The notes: a model not told the origin generated them from the sequence alone. A DNA stretch of 63,969 bases, filler included, from Octopus bimaculoides (GCF_001194135.2; 7 parts of 7 records of this genome joined end to end with filler, not necessarily neighbours in it); one strand, 5' to 3'. Positions 46,901 through 60,515 are shown, numbered from the whole stretch's first letter. Translations and numbers: made by a program.

Positions 46901-48180
46901 CACTTATTTCGCCTTACCCACTTACCCAACTGTTTGTTTTTGTTCCTATGTCAATAAGTAGAACTAATAGTCATAAAAGCTCCATATATCTTTTACCTTC
47001 AACATAATACCAAATAATATTATTATAAATAGCTGTATCACCATATTTATATTAATGGTTTTTGTTATAAACTTTTTTGATGATTTTTAAATATTTTCAA
47101 AATTTCAGTTTATTTCAATCATCAGAAACCCGGGAGGTTATACATGTTTTTTTTTCTTTAGATAGTGTGTTTAAATACTTGTACATGGGTTTCTTTTATT
47201 TAAGATCTATAGAAGTATCTCATTATTTCCTACTGTTGCTTTTGCTTGGCTTCTTTGCCTTCTGTGCATTTAATTGAACTTGAAAGCGTTATCAACGTTC
47301 ATTTCAATACAAGTTTCTTCGTTATTATATAGAATAATCTCTATTATTTAAAAGAATATTTAATATACATTAGCAGTTCATTTAAGAGAAAAAATTTCCT
47401 CTCAATTACATTTTTTCCTAATGGAACTTCTAATGGAATTTCTATAACCTTATTAGAGTTTTTAGCAGGTCGAGTTTTTCATTTTTCATTTCTTATAGTA
47501 TGAAAATATTCTTGAAAATCATCGCTGTACCCTTGGTCAATTTACCGACACGGTCGCTTGGAGGCATTTATAATTATAAACAAGGATACATTTTTAGATG
47601 CGGTTTATATTTTTAAATGATATCTAAATTTCAATTAGCTTTTCCAAAAATCAGTCAGTTATTTGGTGACAATGCAGTTAATGAACAAACGGATTAATAT
47701 TTGCCATTTTTCCCGATTTCGGTCTAATCTAATTGAATTTGCCACTGAACTTCGATGCTAACTACAACTGTCCTTCAATAATGAATTTCTAGTAGTATTG
47801 ATCAAATCATTTTAACAGACAAAATATAATAGTATGGGACAACTTCGTGTTTTCTATACTACAGTTTCCCATGATTTCTTAAACTGACTATATTGAAAAC
47901 AACCGTAACACATTCTAAAATAGAGGATTTGTTATTAACTTATAAGTCGCAACAGAACAAAATGGCGTTCGTGACGACAATTAGATTCGGCTTACAGCAA
48001 TTTGGTCAATGATTAACTCCTAATAAACCATATGAACATGCGCCAAAAATCACCTTTTCGTTTATAGATAGCGACCAATTTTTGAATAGCTCTAACTTGT
48101 TTTGCAAGATTCTTGATATGAAAACGTGTGTAGGAACAGATGTTGTATCTTGGTAGGATCATTTTAATAAATACGGAAAC

Positions 48181-48222
48181 ACTGGTACTATTTCATTTTA
48201 TTATTATTATTATTATTATTAT

Positions 48223-48279
<57 letters not shown>

Positions 48280-48297
48280 CAGCAGCAGCAGCAGCAT
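48181..48297. repeat. Compound (ATT)n(AGT)n(AGC)n microsatellite
   Basis: Direct. Confidence 0.95.
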
Positions 48298-50460
48298 TAG
48301 AAATGACTATGTCTGGTCGATTAGCCTCAATCGTTCTGTCGGTGTTGACTGAAAAATCCCAGTGGATAATGACGTTTTTCACCCTCAACGACTGGCTCAG
48401 GATGATGTTCATATCAGCAAGCAGGAGTGCTGATCTTTTAGTATTTACAAATTTTCTAACGTAAATACTGTCCTAACCTATCATGGCGATGTTTGTATTC
48501 ACTTGGTGTCAGCACAAGACAAGCCGAGACGCGATGGTCTGTTGCTTCATCAAATTTATCGCAGAATCTGCATTTAGGGTCAGAACCTTTTTGAAGAACG
48601 TTAGCCTGGTAGTTTTTGGTAAGTCAGTTTTGATTTTGTGCCGCTAATACGCGACCTTCAGTCTCTGCTTTCAGTCCTGAACTTCTCAGCCACCGATGGT
48701 TTACATCAGCATTTCGGCTTCGAAGTATATATTATCCATATAGAGGCTTCTGGCCCCATCGCTCCTCAGTTTGTTTCTGCCCGTTCTTTTTTGCAGTCTA
48801 CTTGATCCATTTTGCTTATTTTGTAGCAGTGATTTCAGGTTCTTTGTCTAATTCAGGGTTAATGCTAAATTCCCTTGCGAATTTGCAAGCTTCCTTGACA
48901 ACAGGATGTGATTTTTTTGCTGCTTTCGTGCTTGCATGCAAGCCGCAGCATCCAGTTCTTTGTACTAAATAAGTACTTGTTTATTGGTATTTTAGATGTC
49001 TTATAGCACAGCTCTACCTGTATTAATCCTGTTTCTCCATTACTTCTAGGTAGGTACAGACGATCAACGTCTGATTTTGGGTGGTGCATGTTCTTAGATG
49101 TTAATAATTTTCTTGTTTCCCTGTCCAAGCGTTGGAGCTCTGTTAGATTCTAGTTAATGATGTTAAAACTGTATTCGACTACTGGAAGTGCTAGGGTGTT
49201 AATGGCCTCGGTGTAATTTTTGGAGTTGAGCTCAGTTTTTAGAATAAGTCTTACTCACCTGTAATATTCCTTTCTTATTTTCATAGTGCATGTCGTATAC
49301 CATTTCCTTCGTTTATTCCCAAGTATTTATGGCTTTCTTGTGGGTCAAGCTCTTTGATGGTATTGTCGGTGTCTAATTTAATGAAGTCTGTTTGTTTGAG
49401 CTTGATTCTTACGAAAGTTGCTTTAGCACACTTATCGGCAAAATTCATCCCAATATCATTGCTGAAATCTAACAGTTAACAGCCCTACTAGCTCTTCGTC
49501 ATTTCTAGCAAACAGCTTCATCGTCCATATAAAATAGATGGTTTACAATAATACTATACACTTTGAACCCATACCTAGTATTACTCAGTTCGTTTAAGAG
49601 TGGGATGAATGCCATGCAAAAGAGTATTGGGGAGAGGGGGTCTCCTTGAAAGATGCCTCGCTTGATGTTGATGTTAGATTAGCTCATCCCATTACTATGG
49701 TGTAAAAGGAGACGTGTATTCCACTTGGCCATGCTACCTTGTAAGAATTTGGAAACGACAGGAGCGATCCTATATATCTCAAGGGCCTTGAGTAGCCAAT
49801 TATGTGGGACACTATCAAACGCTTTCCTGTAATCTATCCATGTCATTGTCAGGTTCTTCTTTTTGCCCCGGCAATTCTCTACAATCATTTATGAGTAATT
49901 GACCTTTGCATCCATAAGAATTCCGTTTACAACCTTTTTGATCTTATGGTAGGATAGAGTTCTGTTCAAGGAAAGCGTATATTCTTTCAGTTAGTATCGA
50001 TGTGAGGATCTTGTAGGTGATGCTGAGACATATTATTAGTCAATAGTTCTTTGGATCTTTCGTGTCTACAATTTTTGATAGAAGGTATGCTGTTCCTTCG
50101 GTCAGCTAGGCAGGTATTTACTCTAAATTGTAGACGACATCAGTGACTGATGCAGCAAAATTTTGGTGTACGTCTGTCAAACAATTCAGCCAGAAGTTAG
50201 GGATCCGGTCCAGTCCTGGGGTTTTCCATTTGTGAGACTTTCTAAGAACACATATTAGCTCTTCTACTCCACTTCCCTCCCACTTCTGCTCTTCAACTTC
50301 ATCCAGTCTCACTTTCTCAAGTTCTATCCAGTGAGCTTCAGCATTATATTCTTTTTTGTTGTTCCATGTCTTCTTGCAGAACTCTTCCATTTCCTGAGTC
50401 TTAGGTGGCTCCTTTATTTCTATCTTGTCTTTGCCAATTTCCCTGTGAAATTTCTTTGCA
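48297..50460 (-). mobile_element. Dong/R4-clade LINE pseudogene (RT, CCHC zinc knuckle, start of RLE)
   Basis: WKTPGLDRIPNFW, WIDYRKAFDSVPH, RGIFQGDPLSP, LFYMDDMKLF, YKYLG-like, CRFC..DH..SAC, NRPDIVI. Confidence 0.95.
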
Positions 50461-50462
50461 GG

Positions 50463-50625
50463 AATCGCTGAGTGGTAAGAAGCTTGCTTCCCAACCACAT
50501 GGTTCCGGGTTCAGTCCCACTGCATGACACCTTGGGCAAGTGTCTTCTACTATAGCTTCGGGCCGGCCAAAGCCTTGTGAGTGGATTTGGTAGACGGAAA
50601 CTGAAAGAAGCCCGTTGTATATATA
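50463..50625 (+). mobile_element. Young SINE family B 5' part
   Basis: gtggtaagaagcttgcttcccaaccacatggttccgggttcagtcccactgcatgacaccttgggcaagtgtc. Confidence 0.9.
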
Positions 50626-52997
50626 CAGGGATTGAGCAAAATAATGGAAACACCTAGCATCATAGCATCATAATTTTAAAAGATCTATAAAACCGTCAAA
50701 AGCTAGTTTATTTTTATGTTTGTTGATTTATTATTAGAGTTGCTTAATATGTTTTGCTAAAATTGCTGTTTCTTTTCAGATATCATCAGAAAAAGGCAAT
50801 TAAAATGACAGATCTATCGGACTTTCATTGAAAATAGTTTGTCCAATATTCTCATTGTCTCCATTTTTGTTTCTGCTCCTGTTGTCTCCATCACTCCATT
50901 TTTTACATCGATCGACAAACAAAACTTATTCCCTTGCCAAAGCACCAAGAGTATCTGGAAAGCTTTTTACTCAAGGAATATTTAACGCTGCTATAAAAAT
51001 AAAATTCACATGTAAAATTGGATTCAAAGAGTGAAAATGATTTTTACATAAATTACGGAAGATATGTTAATGTGAATGAAATTATTTTAAATATAATATT
51101 GTTTAAATTAAGAAATTATTCATATCATTAAAATTATTAAATTACCACAAAATCGGACATAAAATGAAATTATATAGTAAATGGAAATTTTCAATTACTG
51201 AAACTAAAAAAGTTTCGATTACGTCAAAAAAATATTCAAAATTTCATAATGAACCGTTCCTCGGCAACGGCCCGGTACCTTCTGTAATCGAGTGGGCGAG
51301 AAAATTATGTAGTTACTTAACCTGCAAGAAAAAGTAGCCAACTTCCCATAAAATTCCAGTAGGTATTAAAAAATGGAAGAACATAGCGGATAATATAGTT
51401 TCAGATATATTTGAAAAAAAAAAAAGGACATGGTGGTCAAAATGAAAATACTTCTGTTCGATCAATAGTGACCTGAGAGTAAACAGCAACATCAATTTCA
51501 TGAATAAAAATAACATTCGACATCTTGCAGGGCTTTCGATTTTTGTAATATGTTGTCTGTTCTCTAGTTCTGAATAAAGGTATATGACTCAATTAAGAGT
51601 AGAGAAAATAGCTGAATTTTAATTAATTTTATTGACACTAGATATCTTTTATTTTATCAGTTTATGATTATGGGATTGCAAGAGATAGATTAGTTTTGAT
51701 CCTGAATTTTAATTCCTCAATTATAGAAGCAGATTATACAGAATTATCTGTGTGAAGTACATTACAGATATCAGCAAAAGTTTCAAAGAGTTAATATTTT
51801 AGTTTTCTAATAAGCTATTGTTATTGCCAGAATCAATACGAGTCGCACGAGAAAGTTCTGCAGAATGTATGTCGTCAAGATTTGTACCACGTTAGAAACT
51901 GAATCAAAGTTAATTAATACACATAATGATTATTTTTCAGATATTCATGCAGCAGATACGCTGAGATATATTTTCAACATCTTATTTTAATTATATTTAA
52001 GAACTCTCAGAAAACTTAAAAAAGACCTATTCAGAGTTGATTTGATAACGTATGACGTTCTTTAGGAACCAGCCGAATTTTTGCCTATTCATTACCTTGG
52101 CTGCCAATTATATATTTTCATAACATTGATACCTAATTATACTAACTCATTCTTCAAAGAATAACTTACTTCGCAACTAACATTAAAATGTTTGTATTGG
52201 TTAATATTTTCATTACACATATTTTTAAGAGGCTGCATCTTTGTAGTAAATTGCTGTTAATTATAATAGCTAGAAATATCAAATAAGAAAAGTAAAAGGT
52301 AAACCTATGGTAAATTAGATCGCTATTTGAACTCGATCACCAGCTGTAGGAAATTTGTCTTATTTGCGCCGATAATACTTTTGAATGTTTGAATGTCACT
52401 GCTTGCTGCACACACACGCACAAACACACACACACACAAGCAGTGTATGTGTTACAGATATTGGAGAACAGTTACATAAGGTAACATAGCCCGTAGTAAT
52501 TCAGCAACAAAATACTATTTTCTTACACACATTTAAAGCAGAGAAATTGAAATTTGTGGCGTTTGTATCTTCTCAATTTTATAAACAACTTAAGAGAAAA
52601 TATTTCAATTTGAGGCCGAAACCGCTTAAACAAATTTGATCGACATGCCAGAAACTTCCATCACGCTACGATGCCGGTTGAAATGTATCGTTAATCACAT
52701 TGACATAATGCCATTCCTTTTATCGAACTAGATAGAAGCTATATTCTGGCGGGTTATTATAAATTCCCGAATTATTTATTGGATCTTACATGGAAACTGC
52801 TAGCCTTTATTAAATTTCAAATGATTTTATTATATTTTATTTCTTTCCTCTTGTATAATCATTTAAACAAAATAAATAATGAAATTCTTTTATATAAAAG
52901 TAGCGACCGGATATTCAAAATATTCTACATATCTTTCATCTAAAACAATGTTTCTTAAACTCTTAACTTTCTCTCCTTTTGTTCTATTCACACTTTT

Positions 52998-53123
52998 CAA
53001 CGCCCTTTGCAACAATTCAACGCCCACTTGCCACAATTCAAGGCCCTTTGCAACAATTCAACGCCCACTTGCCACAAGTCAACGTCCACTTGCTTCATTT
53101 AAATGCTTTCTTGCTACAATTCA
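52998..53123. repeat. 20/21-bp minisatellite with alternating units
   Basis: caacgccctttgcaacaatt / caacgcccacttgccacaatt alternate, about six units, decaying rightwards. Confidence 0.85.
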
Positions 53124-54211
53124 AAAACTCCGACATTTCTAATGTGCATACACGTAATATCAGGTCAAAGTAATTTAACTACGGGGACCATTTGACACGA
53201 ATGACACCTTACCACAGCATCATCCAACTACGAGCGAATGCAATTAACACACACAGTATATATTTGAAGTCTATTATTATTGTCTTGTCATTGTTATTGT
53301 TGTTGCGATTTTGGTTAAGAAGCCGTTTATCATAATATTACCTTTATTTTTTTAGTTAATATTTAAATAAGAGTTGAAGAAAACTGTACAGTTGTATCCA
53401 TCCCCACCCTACTAACAACCCCTTTGTCCCCAGTATCCATATAAATTTTCCACCTGTCCCCTAGCGACAGTATTGCTTACGTTGAAAAGCACTAATCTAA
53501 AAGGGCATATGTCACATGTATCAGTTTCAAATATATTGAAGCAATGGGACGGCAAGCCTTTTGCCTTTTACGTCCGTTAGCATAATGGAAAAAGCATTTG
53601 ATATGAAATTTAAATGCAAGTTACATGCTTGCAAAAAAGAAGACGGCGCGTTACTGATGCTGCTTATTTTATCGTTTCCGATTAACTGGGTTTAAAGTAA
53701 AACTGAATATGGTAGAATTTTACTTCAGATGACAGTGGGGTGAAACTAAAAACTGCTCACCATTACTCAACTGTGATACCATTTAGGATGCGCCACAGAT
53801 TTCCTCCGCATTGCATTCCACTCCGTTATTTGTTATTTTATACATCACCATCAAAAACACTGGTTTCTTTGCTTCAACTGAGATCCAGATCATAAATTTA
53901 GGTTCTGACATCATTTCTCTTATATCTAACACTATCTACAACAGATACACTGTGAATGCCTATTGAAATCTAACGTTTCAGATTATTTCGTTTTCATTTC
54001 AATTGAACAACTGAAAACAATTAACCCGTGTCATGTTTAGGCTTCTTTCTAAAGATAGGGAGGGAATTACATCAATTATTTTCATCTACGTATTTAAAAC
54101 TAATACACAGCAATTTTAGATCTGCCTTTTCATCTTGACGTGTCTCGCAAAACAGCTTTTAATAAAATGCTTATAGTCTATCGTTCTTGTTCTCTTGCTG
54201 AGGTTTCAAAC

Positions 54212-54273
<62 letters not shown>

Positions 54274-54413
54274 TTCTCTGTCTATCTTTCTCTTTCTCTC
54301 GTATCCGCGTGCGGGAACGCATACATTATCAATAGTACCATCATCGTCGACGTCGTCGTCATTATTTATCATTATTATTATTATCATCATCATCATTATT
54401 ATTATCATTATTC

Positions 54414-54491
54414 AGTAATTTTATTTTTATAACGTGCTTTCACTTCACTACCGAGCGCAGCTCTGTGCGCCTTGGGTATGTGCTGTGGTTT
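54414..54491 (-). mobile_element. R4-like LINE 3' tail
   Basis: Reverse complement of 54848-54925. Confidence 0.8.
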
Positions 54492-54591
54492 NNNNNNNNN
54501 NNNNNNNNNNNNNNNNNNNNNNNNNNNNNNNNNNNTTAATTAATTAANNNNNNNNNNNNNNNNNNNNNNNNNNNNNNNNNNNNNNNNNNNN

Positions 54592-54925
54592 TTCTCTAAA
54601 AGAAATGGAAAAACTTTCAAAATACAAAGACCTGGAAATAGAGATAACTCGAATGTGGAATCTAAAAACAGAAACAATTCCTATCATAGTAGGTGCCTTA
54701 GGTATAATAAAAAAATATTCAGACAAATACATAACAAAAATAGCAGGACTTACAAATATATATAACATACAGAAAATTGCACTACTGGGTACTGCACACA
54801 TTCTACGCCAAACACTTTCAATACAGTAAACATAAGAGCACCACAGCAAACCACAGCACATACCCAAGGCGCACAGAGCTGTGCTCGGTAGTGAAGTGAA
54901 AGCACGTTATAAAAATAAAACTACT
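54592..54925 (+). mobile_element. Dong/R4-clade LINE 3' end
   Basis: EKLSKYKDLEIEITRMWNLKTETIPIIVGALG...LGTAHILRQTLSIQ-stop, then the 3' UTR running into (TAA)n. Confidence 0.9.
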
Positions 54926-54933
54926 GAACAATG

Positions 54934-54966
<33 letters not shown>

Positions 54967-55019
54967 AAAAATAAATAAATAAAATTTAAAAAAATAGTAA
55001 TAATAATAATATGAACAAT

Positions 55020-55925
55020 ATATACTTCGAAGTCAAAATGCTGATGTAGACCAAGCAACAACCAGTGGCTGAGAAGTTCAGGACTGAAAGTAGAGACTGA
55101 AGGTTTCATATTGACAGCACAAGATCAAAGCTTGCTTACCAAAAACTACCAGGCTATCACTCTTCAAAACGTTTCTGACTCAAAATACATATTCTGCGAG
55201 ACATTTGATGAAACAACTGACCATCTCATCTTGGGATGTCCTGTGCTGACACCAAACGAATACAAAAATCGCCACAATAGAATAGGACAGAACTTACATT
55301 GGAAAATATGTAAACACTACAAAATCAGCACTCCTGCTTCCTGGTATGAACATCATCCTGAGTCAATCATTGAAGGTAAAAATGTCACTATCCTCTGGGA
55401 TTTTCCAGTCAACAGTGACAGAACAATCCAAAGTAATCAACCAGACATAATTATTAAAGACAGGGAAGAAAATACTTGTTGGCTAATAGATATAAGTGTT
55501 GCCACTGATAAAAATATATCTGTAAAGGAATTTGACAAATTAAGTAAATATAAGGATCTGGAAATTGAAATACAAAAGATATGGCATCTTAAAGCAAGAA
55601 CTGTTCCTGTTATTGTAGGTGCCCTAGGTATGATAAGAAAGGGATGTCAGAAACATTTAGAAAACATCCCAGGAGAAATATGTCTCAGAGAAATCCAAAA
55701 GATTGTGCTGACAAGCATTGCCTACATCCTTAGAAAAACCCTATCAATTTAAATGCTTGTATTGTATTACATGAAGATATTTTGCTACTGCCCCTGCCAC
55801 TTCCCCTCCCCAAGCTTTCAGTCATACTGTAAAATCTCTTATCCTTCACTCACCCTAGGACACTGAGTGTGTTTTGGCAAGTGATTGTAACAAACTTGCA
55901 GATTAAAAGTATATAACAATGTTGA
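55020..55925 (+). mobile_element. Dong/R4-clade LINE 3' part (zinc knuckle plus RLE plus 3' UTR)
   Basis: ORF 55111..55752: DHLILGC, RHN, LWDF, QPDIII, KYKDLEIEI, VPVIVGALG. Confidence 0.93.
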
Positions 55926-55944
55926 TGATGATGATGATGATGAT

Positions 55945-56088
55945 GATCCTTTCTACTGTAGGCACAAGGCCTGAAATTTGGGGGAAGGGATTAAGTCAGT
56001 TACATCAACCCCAGTGTATAACTGGTCCTTAGTTAATCGACCCCGAAAGAATGAAAGGCAAAGTCAACCTCAGTGGAATTTGAACTCA
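55945..56088 (-). mobile_element. Family A SINE
   Basis: gaccccgaaagaatgaaaggcaaagtcaacctcagtggaatttgaactc. Confidence 0.85.
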
Positions 56089-57050
56089 ATCCTCTCCATC
56101 AACACCACATAGCTCATCACAGCCCATAACACCACAAACACCACATGGCCCCCTGATCTACAGATCACTCAACCGGCTTTCCCACTCACTCCTCGCTCCT
56201 GAACTCACACCTTAACTGGTTTCATAATCAGCCAACCAGGGAGGAGGGTGCTGCTTCCTCTGTGGTCGCTGTGCAACCCCTGGACTGGCCTGAGTTCCTG
56301 GCAAGCTGCCGCTGGCTTCATCATCTTGCCTACTGCTGCTGTCTTCATCTTCTTGCCTACTGTTGCTGTCTTCATCTTTTTGCCTACTGTTGCTGTCTTC
56401 ATCATCTTGCCTACTGTTGCTGTCTTCATCTTCTTGCCTACTGTTGCTGGTTTCATCTTCTTGCTCACTGCTGCTGGTTTCATCCTCTGAGGCATTGACA
56501 ATCTTCTGCACATCCAAAACATGGCGTGGCATACCATCGACAGAGACGTTGTTCTTCGAATTAATGGAGGTTATTGTTCCCTTTCCCCATTTCTAAGTAT
56601 AGCGCCAACGCCGAACCATCTAGGTACAGCGGTAGAAAACTCGCTAAGTCATCTATCCCGTGGAGCTTCGCAACCAACTTCATCTTCTTTAACCAAGCGA
56701 TTACATCCGTGTCACCGCAAAATGGTTTGACCATATCGTTTGAAATACGGTCTACACTCATAATTCGTTTTTTATGGGTCAAAATTGCTTGTGATGGAGG
56801 AATAAGAAGCAAAAGGGAGAAAGGAATACAGCGACATTACCTGTCGACCGTGGCGGGATGCGCGATCACTGACCAGATCAAAACATGACCTTTAATACGC
56901 GCCTGTCCCTCTTCCGCTGGCCCCTGCAGTCTTCACTTCCGGTGAAGGCTGTTGAGCCAAGACGATAGAAAAATTATTATGAACGCTAGGTAGACAAGCC
57001 ATGAGAGAAGAGACAGAAAAGTACATCTTTTCTTTAGGAATAAATGTATA
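56089..57050 (-). mobile_element. Internally deleted Gypsy-like LTR retrotransposon
   Basis: gag N-terminal KPFCGDTDVIAWLKK..LPLYLDGSALALY abuts pol C-terminal NNVSVDGMPRHVLD...RPQR..PPPWLADY-stop; LTR limits not resolved. Confidence 0.85.
56310..56485. repeat. 27-bp coding minisatellite (SNSRQEDED-type units)
   Basis: tcttgcctactgttgctgtcttcatct about six times. Confidence 0.92.
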
Positions 57051-57249
57051 TATATACATATATATATATACATGAATATATATATATACACAATATATAT
57101 GTATATATACATATATATGTGTATATATACATGTGTATGTATATATATNNNNNNNNNNNNNNNNNNNNNNNNNNNNNNNNNNNNNNNNNNNNTTAATTAA
57201 TTAANNNNNNNNNNNNNNNNNNNNNNNNNNNNNNNNNNNNNNNNNNNNG

Positions 57250-59008
57250 AAATCATGTTTCTTGACTGGGGGAAAAGGATCAAACTTTAAACCTTTATAA
57301 CTTTTTTCTGAAAAAAGTTGAATAACTCCAGCAATTCAGCTTGGAAAGGTATATTAATTTCCCAGATTTTAAAATTTTCAATGAACTTTAATCTTTGAAA
57401 TACTGGCAGCCAAATGAACTAGATCTGTATTTGCTCCAGTAAAGACATGTCATCTGACTCAACTCTATCGATTTCTTCTTCTCTTTGGGAATACCATACT
57501 ACCTTTCTGACACTGTCCGTGGAAATTCGTTTTCATAGTTTCACTTTACTGATGCCTCCAGTCAAGAAAATTTGTCGACAGTACAATAGTGATTATTTAT
57601 TGTTTGGATTTATTCCATCTCCTCAGAATTGTCTGTTACCAATGTGCCTTCTTTGCCATCAAACATTGACCAACGAAGTAATGAAACCTTCACGCTTGCA
57701 GTATCACTTTGATGCAAAGTATTCTGACAAGGACAAGCCATTGTCATATTTTTTGCAACTGAGCGCCTCTTTCAAAAAGCAAACACAAAAATTCAACAGG
57801 CTACCACAGGAAGCAAGTAAGCAGGAGAATGACAGGTTGATTGCATCGTACAGTATTGCATTGCCTGTTGCTAAGTCTGGGAAGTCGCACATAACTGGAG
57901 AAACATTACTTTGCCTAGTTATTGAAGGTGTGATATCTTTTTTCTTTGTGATATATTCACAAAATTAAATGATTTGAATAAGTTATTGCAAGGAAACAGA
58001 AAAACTCTTGTTGATTGTAAATCATTTATCACTACCTTTATTTTGAAATTGGTGTTGTATAAGAATAACATTTCAAAACATTAATTCCATCAATTTCCAC
58101 AACTTGATTCTTTGAAAGATGAATTTGTTGATGAGGATTTAAATACATATCGCAACTATTTACAATCATTGCACTATGACATGGTGGAGCGATTTCAAGA
58201 TGTTATTGCGCTGAATATTCCAAATTGGTATAGCAATCTGTTTGAGGTTGATGCAGTTGATTGCTAGGATAACGTTCAGGAGGAATTTGATAGAATTCCA
58301 AAATGACAATGACGCCACAATGCAATATCGCCATAATAACAAAGAAGGTTTGTAGTAGCATCAAAGTATATTGAATTCGTACCTCAATCAGCAGAAACAT
58401 CTGAAATTACTTTTGCTTGCCTTCCCTACTTCGTATTTGGTTGAATCTGATTTTAGACATATTGGAACTTTACTTTCCCCAAAAAGAATTGGACTGTATG
58501 TGACACAATGAGGAGATTTGCAGCTAAAGTTGACAAGTTTGAAACCGAATGTATCTGCACTAGCTACATCGCACCAGATACATGGTACTCTTTAAAAAGT
58601 TGTTTTCTTTCCCTTTATGATACAATCATTAATTATTTTTACATTGATAGTTCTGGTCAATGGTTCATTTGAGGAAAGTAAAACTCAGTGTAAAAGAAAA
58701 CACAAGTTTACTGAAGTTAATCTAGCTACATGATATAGAACTAATGTTAGAATTTTATTCACATTAATGACAAAACTAAACCCACAATAAGGGATTTGTA
58801 AACTGCATATTTAGTCCAAACCTGGCAACAAGTCTATGATATAGTGTATGTGTGTGTCAAATGATAGAAGGGGCATTCTTCTAGGGAATTTAGTGTTGGT
58901 GAAGGTTGTGTCAGGGTTTTTTTCTTTTACACAGGTGGGCAGTGGAGCATTTTTTGGTTGATAGGTGGGTGATATTGCAATTTGGTGCAAAAAGTTTGGG
59001 AAATACTG
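57250..59008 (+). mobile_element. Internally deleted hAT (Charlie/Buster, ZBED5/SCAND3-like) transposon
   Basis: RQYNSDYLLFGF, PMCLLC, MKPSRLQYH, ASYSIA..AKSGKSHITGE; C-terminal LAFPTSYLVES..GDLQLKLT; right TIR gtttgggaaatactg. Confidence 0.9.
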
Positions 59009-60078
59009 ATCTAAAGCCACTTTGGAACATAAGTAATGTATGTTCCCAGTTTGAAGAAAATCAGTTGCGAACTTCAGAAGTTAGGCGGGTTTCAACACAC
59101 ACACACAAACTGAGTTTTATATATATATATATATAGATATATAAAAATCAAGCACGGAAAATAACACCTTTGTGAAAACTTATCTCTCTTGCATTTTTTC
59201 TTGTTTTTGCTAATTTATTGTCTCTTTCTTTCTCTCTCTCTTCACCACCTCTCTCTCATCTTTATAAATATATATATATACATACATACATATATATATA
59301 TATAAGATATTAGTTAAAGAATAAAAAGACTGGGTTAACGACTCAACATATCACACCCACTCAATGAACATGTATAAGAAACACAGCATAATCCGTCAAA
59401 CATAAGGAATAAGAAGAAATAACGCAAGAATAAATAATAAATAAATAAAAATATAGCATATTGTATAAAATATTTATATACACGAATATATTGTTTCATC
59501 CGATAACAAGGAACTGAAAAAAATTGACTTAAAGGTATAAAGCAATACACGTGAATATCATTTCATAGAAGTTAAAAAAGTTAAAATAAATACGAATAAA
59601 AATTAATACGGAAGGAGTAAAAATTTCAAATATATAATATAATATAATATAATATAAGTCGATATAGTAAAATAAAATGACATGAAGAAATGAAGTACCA
59701 TAAAGTAGTCTATTGGTTGAAAAAACAAGGACAGAAGTGATTTGACACCACTTAGAATTAAAGTACAAAGTTCTTCAACTCCCTCGGGCACATTTCACAC
59801 CTCAAAACCAGTAGACACCAAAAGGCAAGTTCGCACCAATCCAGCACACACAAGAGTGAACAACAGGCAAAAGTTCAATTCTGCTCACCATGTCAAAAGA
59901 AGTTCACCACACATGAGTCAAAAACAATTACAGCACACCACAGGTATCCGGCCATTTCAGAGGTACACCACTGTATTTCAAAACACAATAGAGTGTAAAT
60001 AGGTGATGACCCCCTTGTCAGGGTAAACACACGTACAAAGTCACTACATGCACAAGGGGGAAAAAAAATGATTTCTAT

Positions 60079-60162
60079 AAAGAGCAAATATATATAAACA
60101 AAATGGACAAGCCTATGTATTTACATAGGCTTGTCCATTTTGTTTATATATATTTGCTCTTT
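60079..60162. repeat. Perfect palindrome, 41-bp arms with a 2-nt spacer
   Basis: aaagagcaaatatatataaacaaaatggacaagcctatgta-tt-exact reverse complement. Confidence 0.95.
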
Positions 60163-60444
60163 TATTTAATTGGAGGATTCCAAAAAAAAAAAAAAAAGTG
60201 ATATTTTAGAATAGCCAAACAGGCTGCAGTATCAAAACCAGTCTACGAGGTTTCAAGTCACCCTAACGTAAACTATTACACTTGTTTTTATAATAATGAA
60301 AAGAAATTTAAAAGTAATAAATAAAAACAAGTATAATAGTTTACNNNNNNNNNNNNNNNNNNNNNNNNNNNNNNNNNNNNNNNNNNNNTTAATTAATTAA
60401 NNNNNNNNNNNNNNNNNNNNNNNNNNNNNNNNNNNNNNNNNNNN

Positions 60445-60499
<55 letters not shown>

Positions 60500-60515
<16 letters not shown>

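Noticed and set aside
51256-51268. Second X-box-like motif GTTCCTCGGCAAC
   Set aside because: The left half-site departs from GTNRCC, and there is no other promoter evidence
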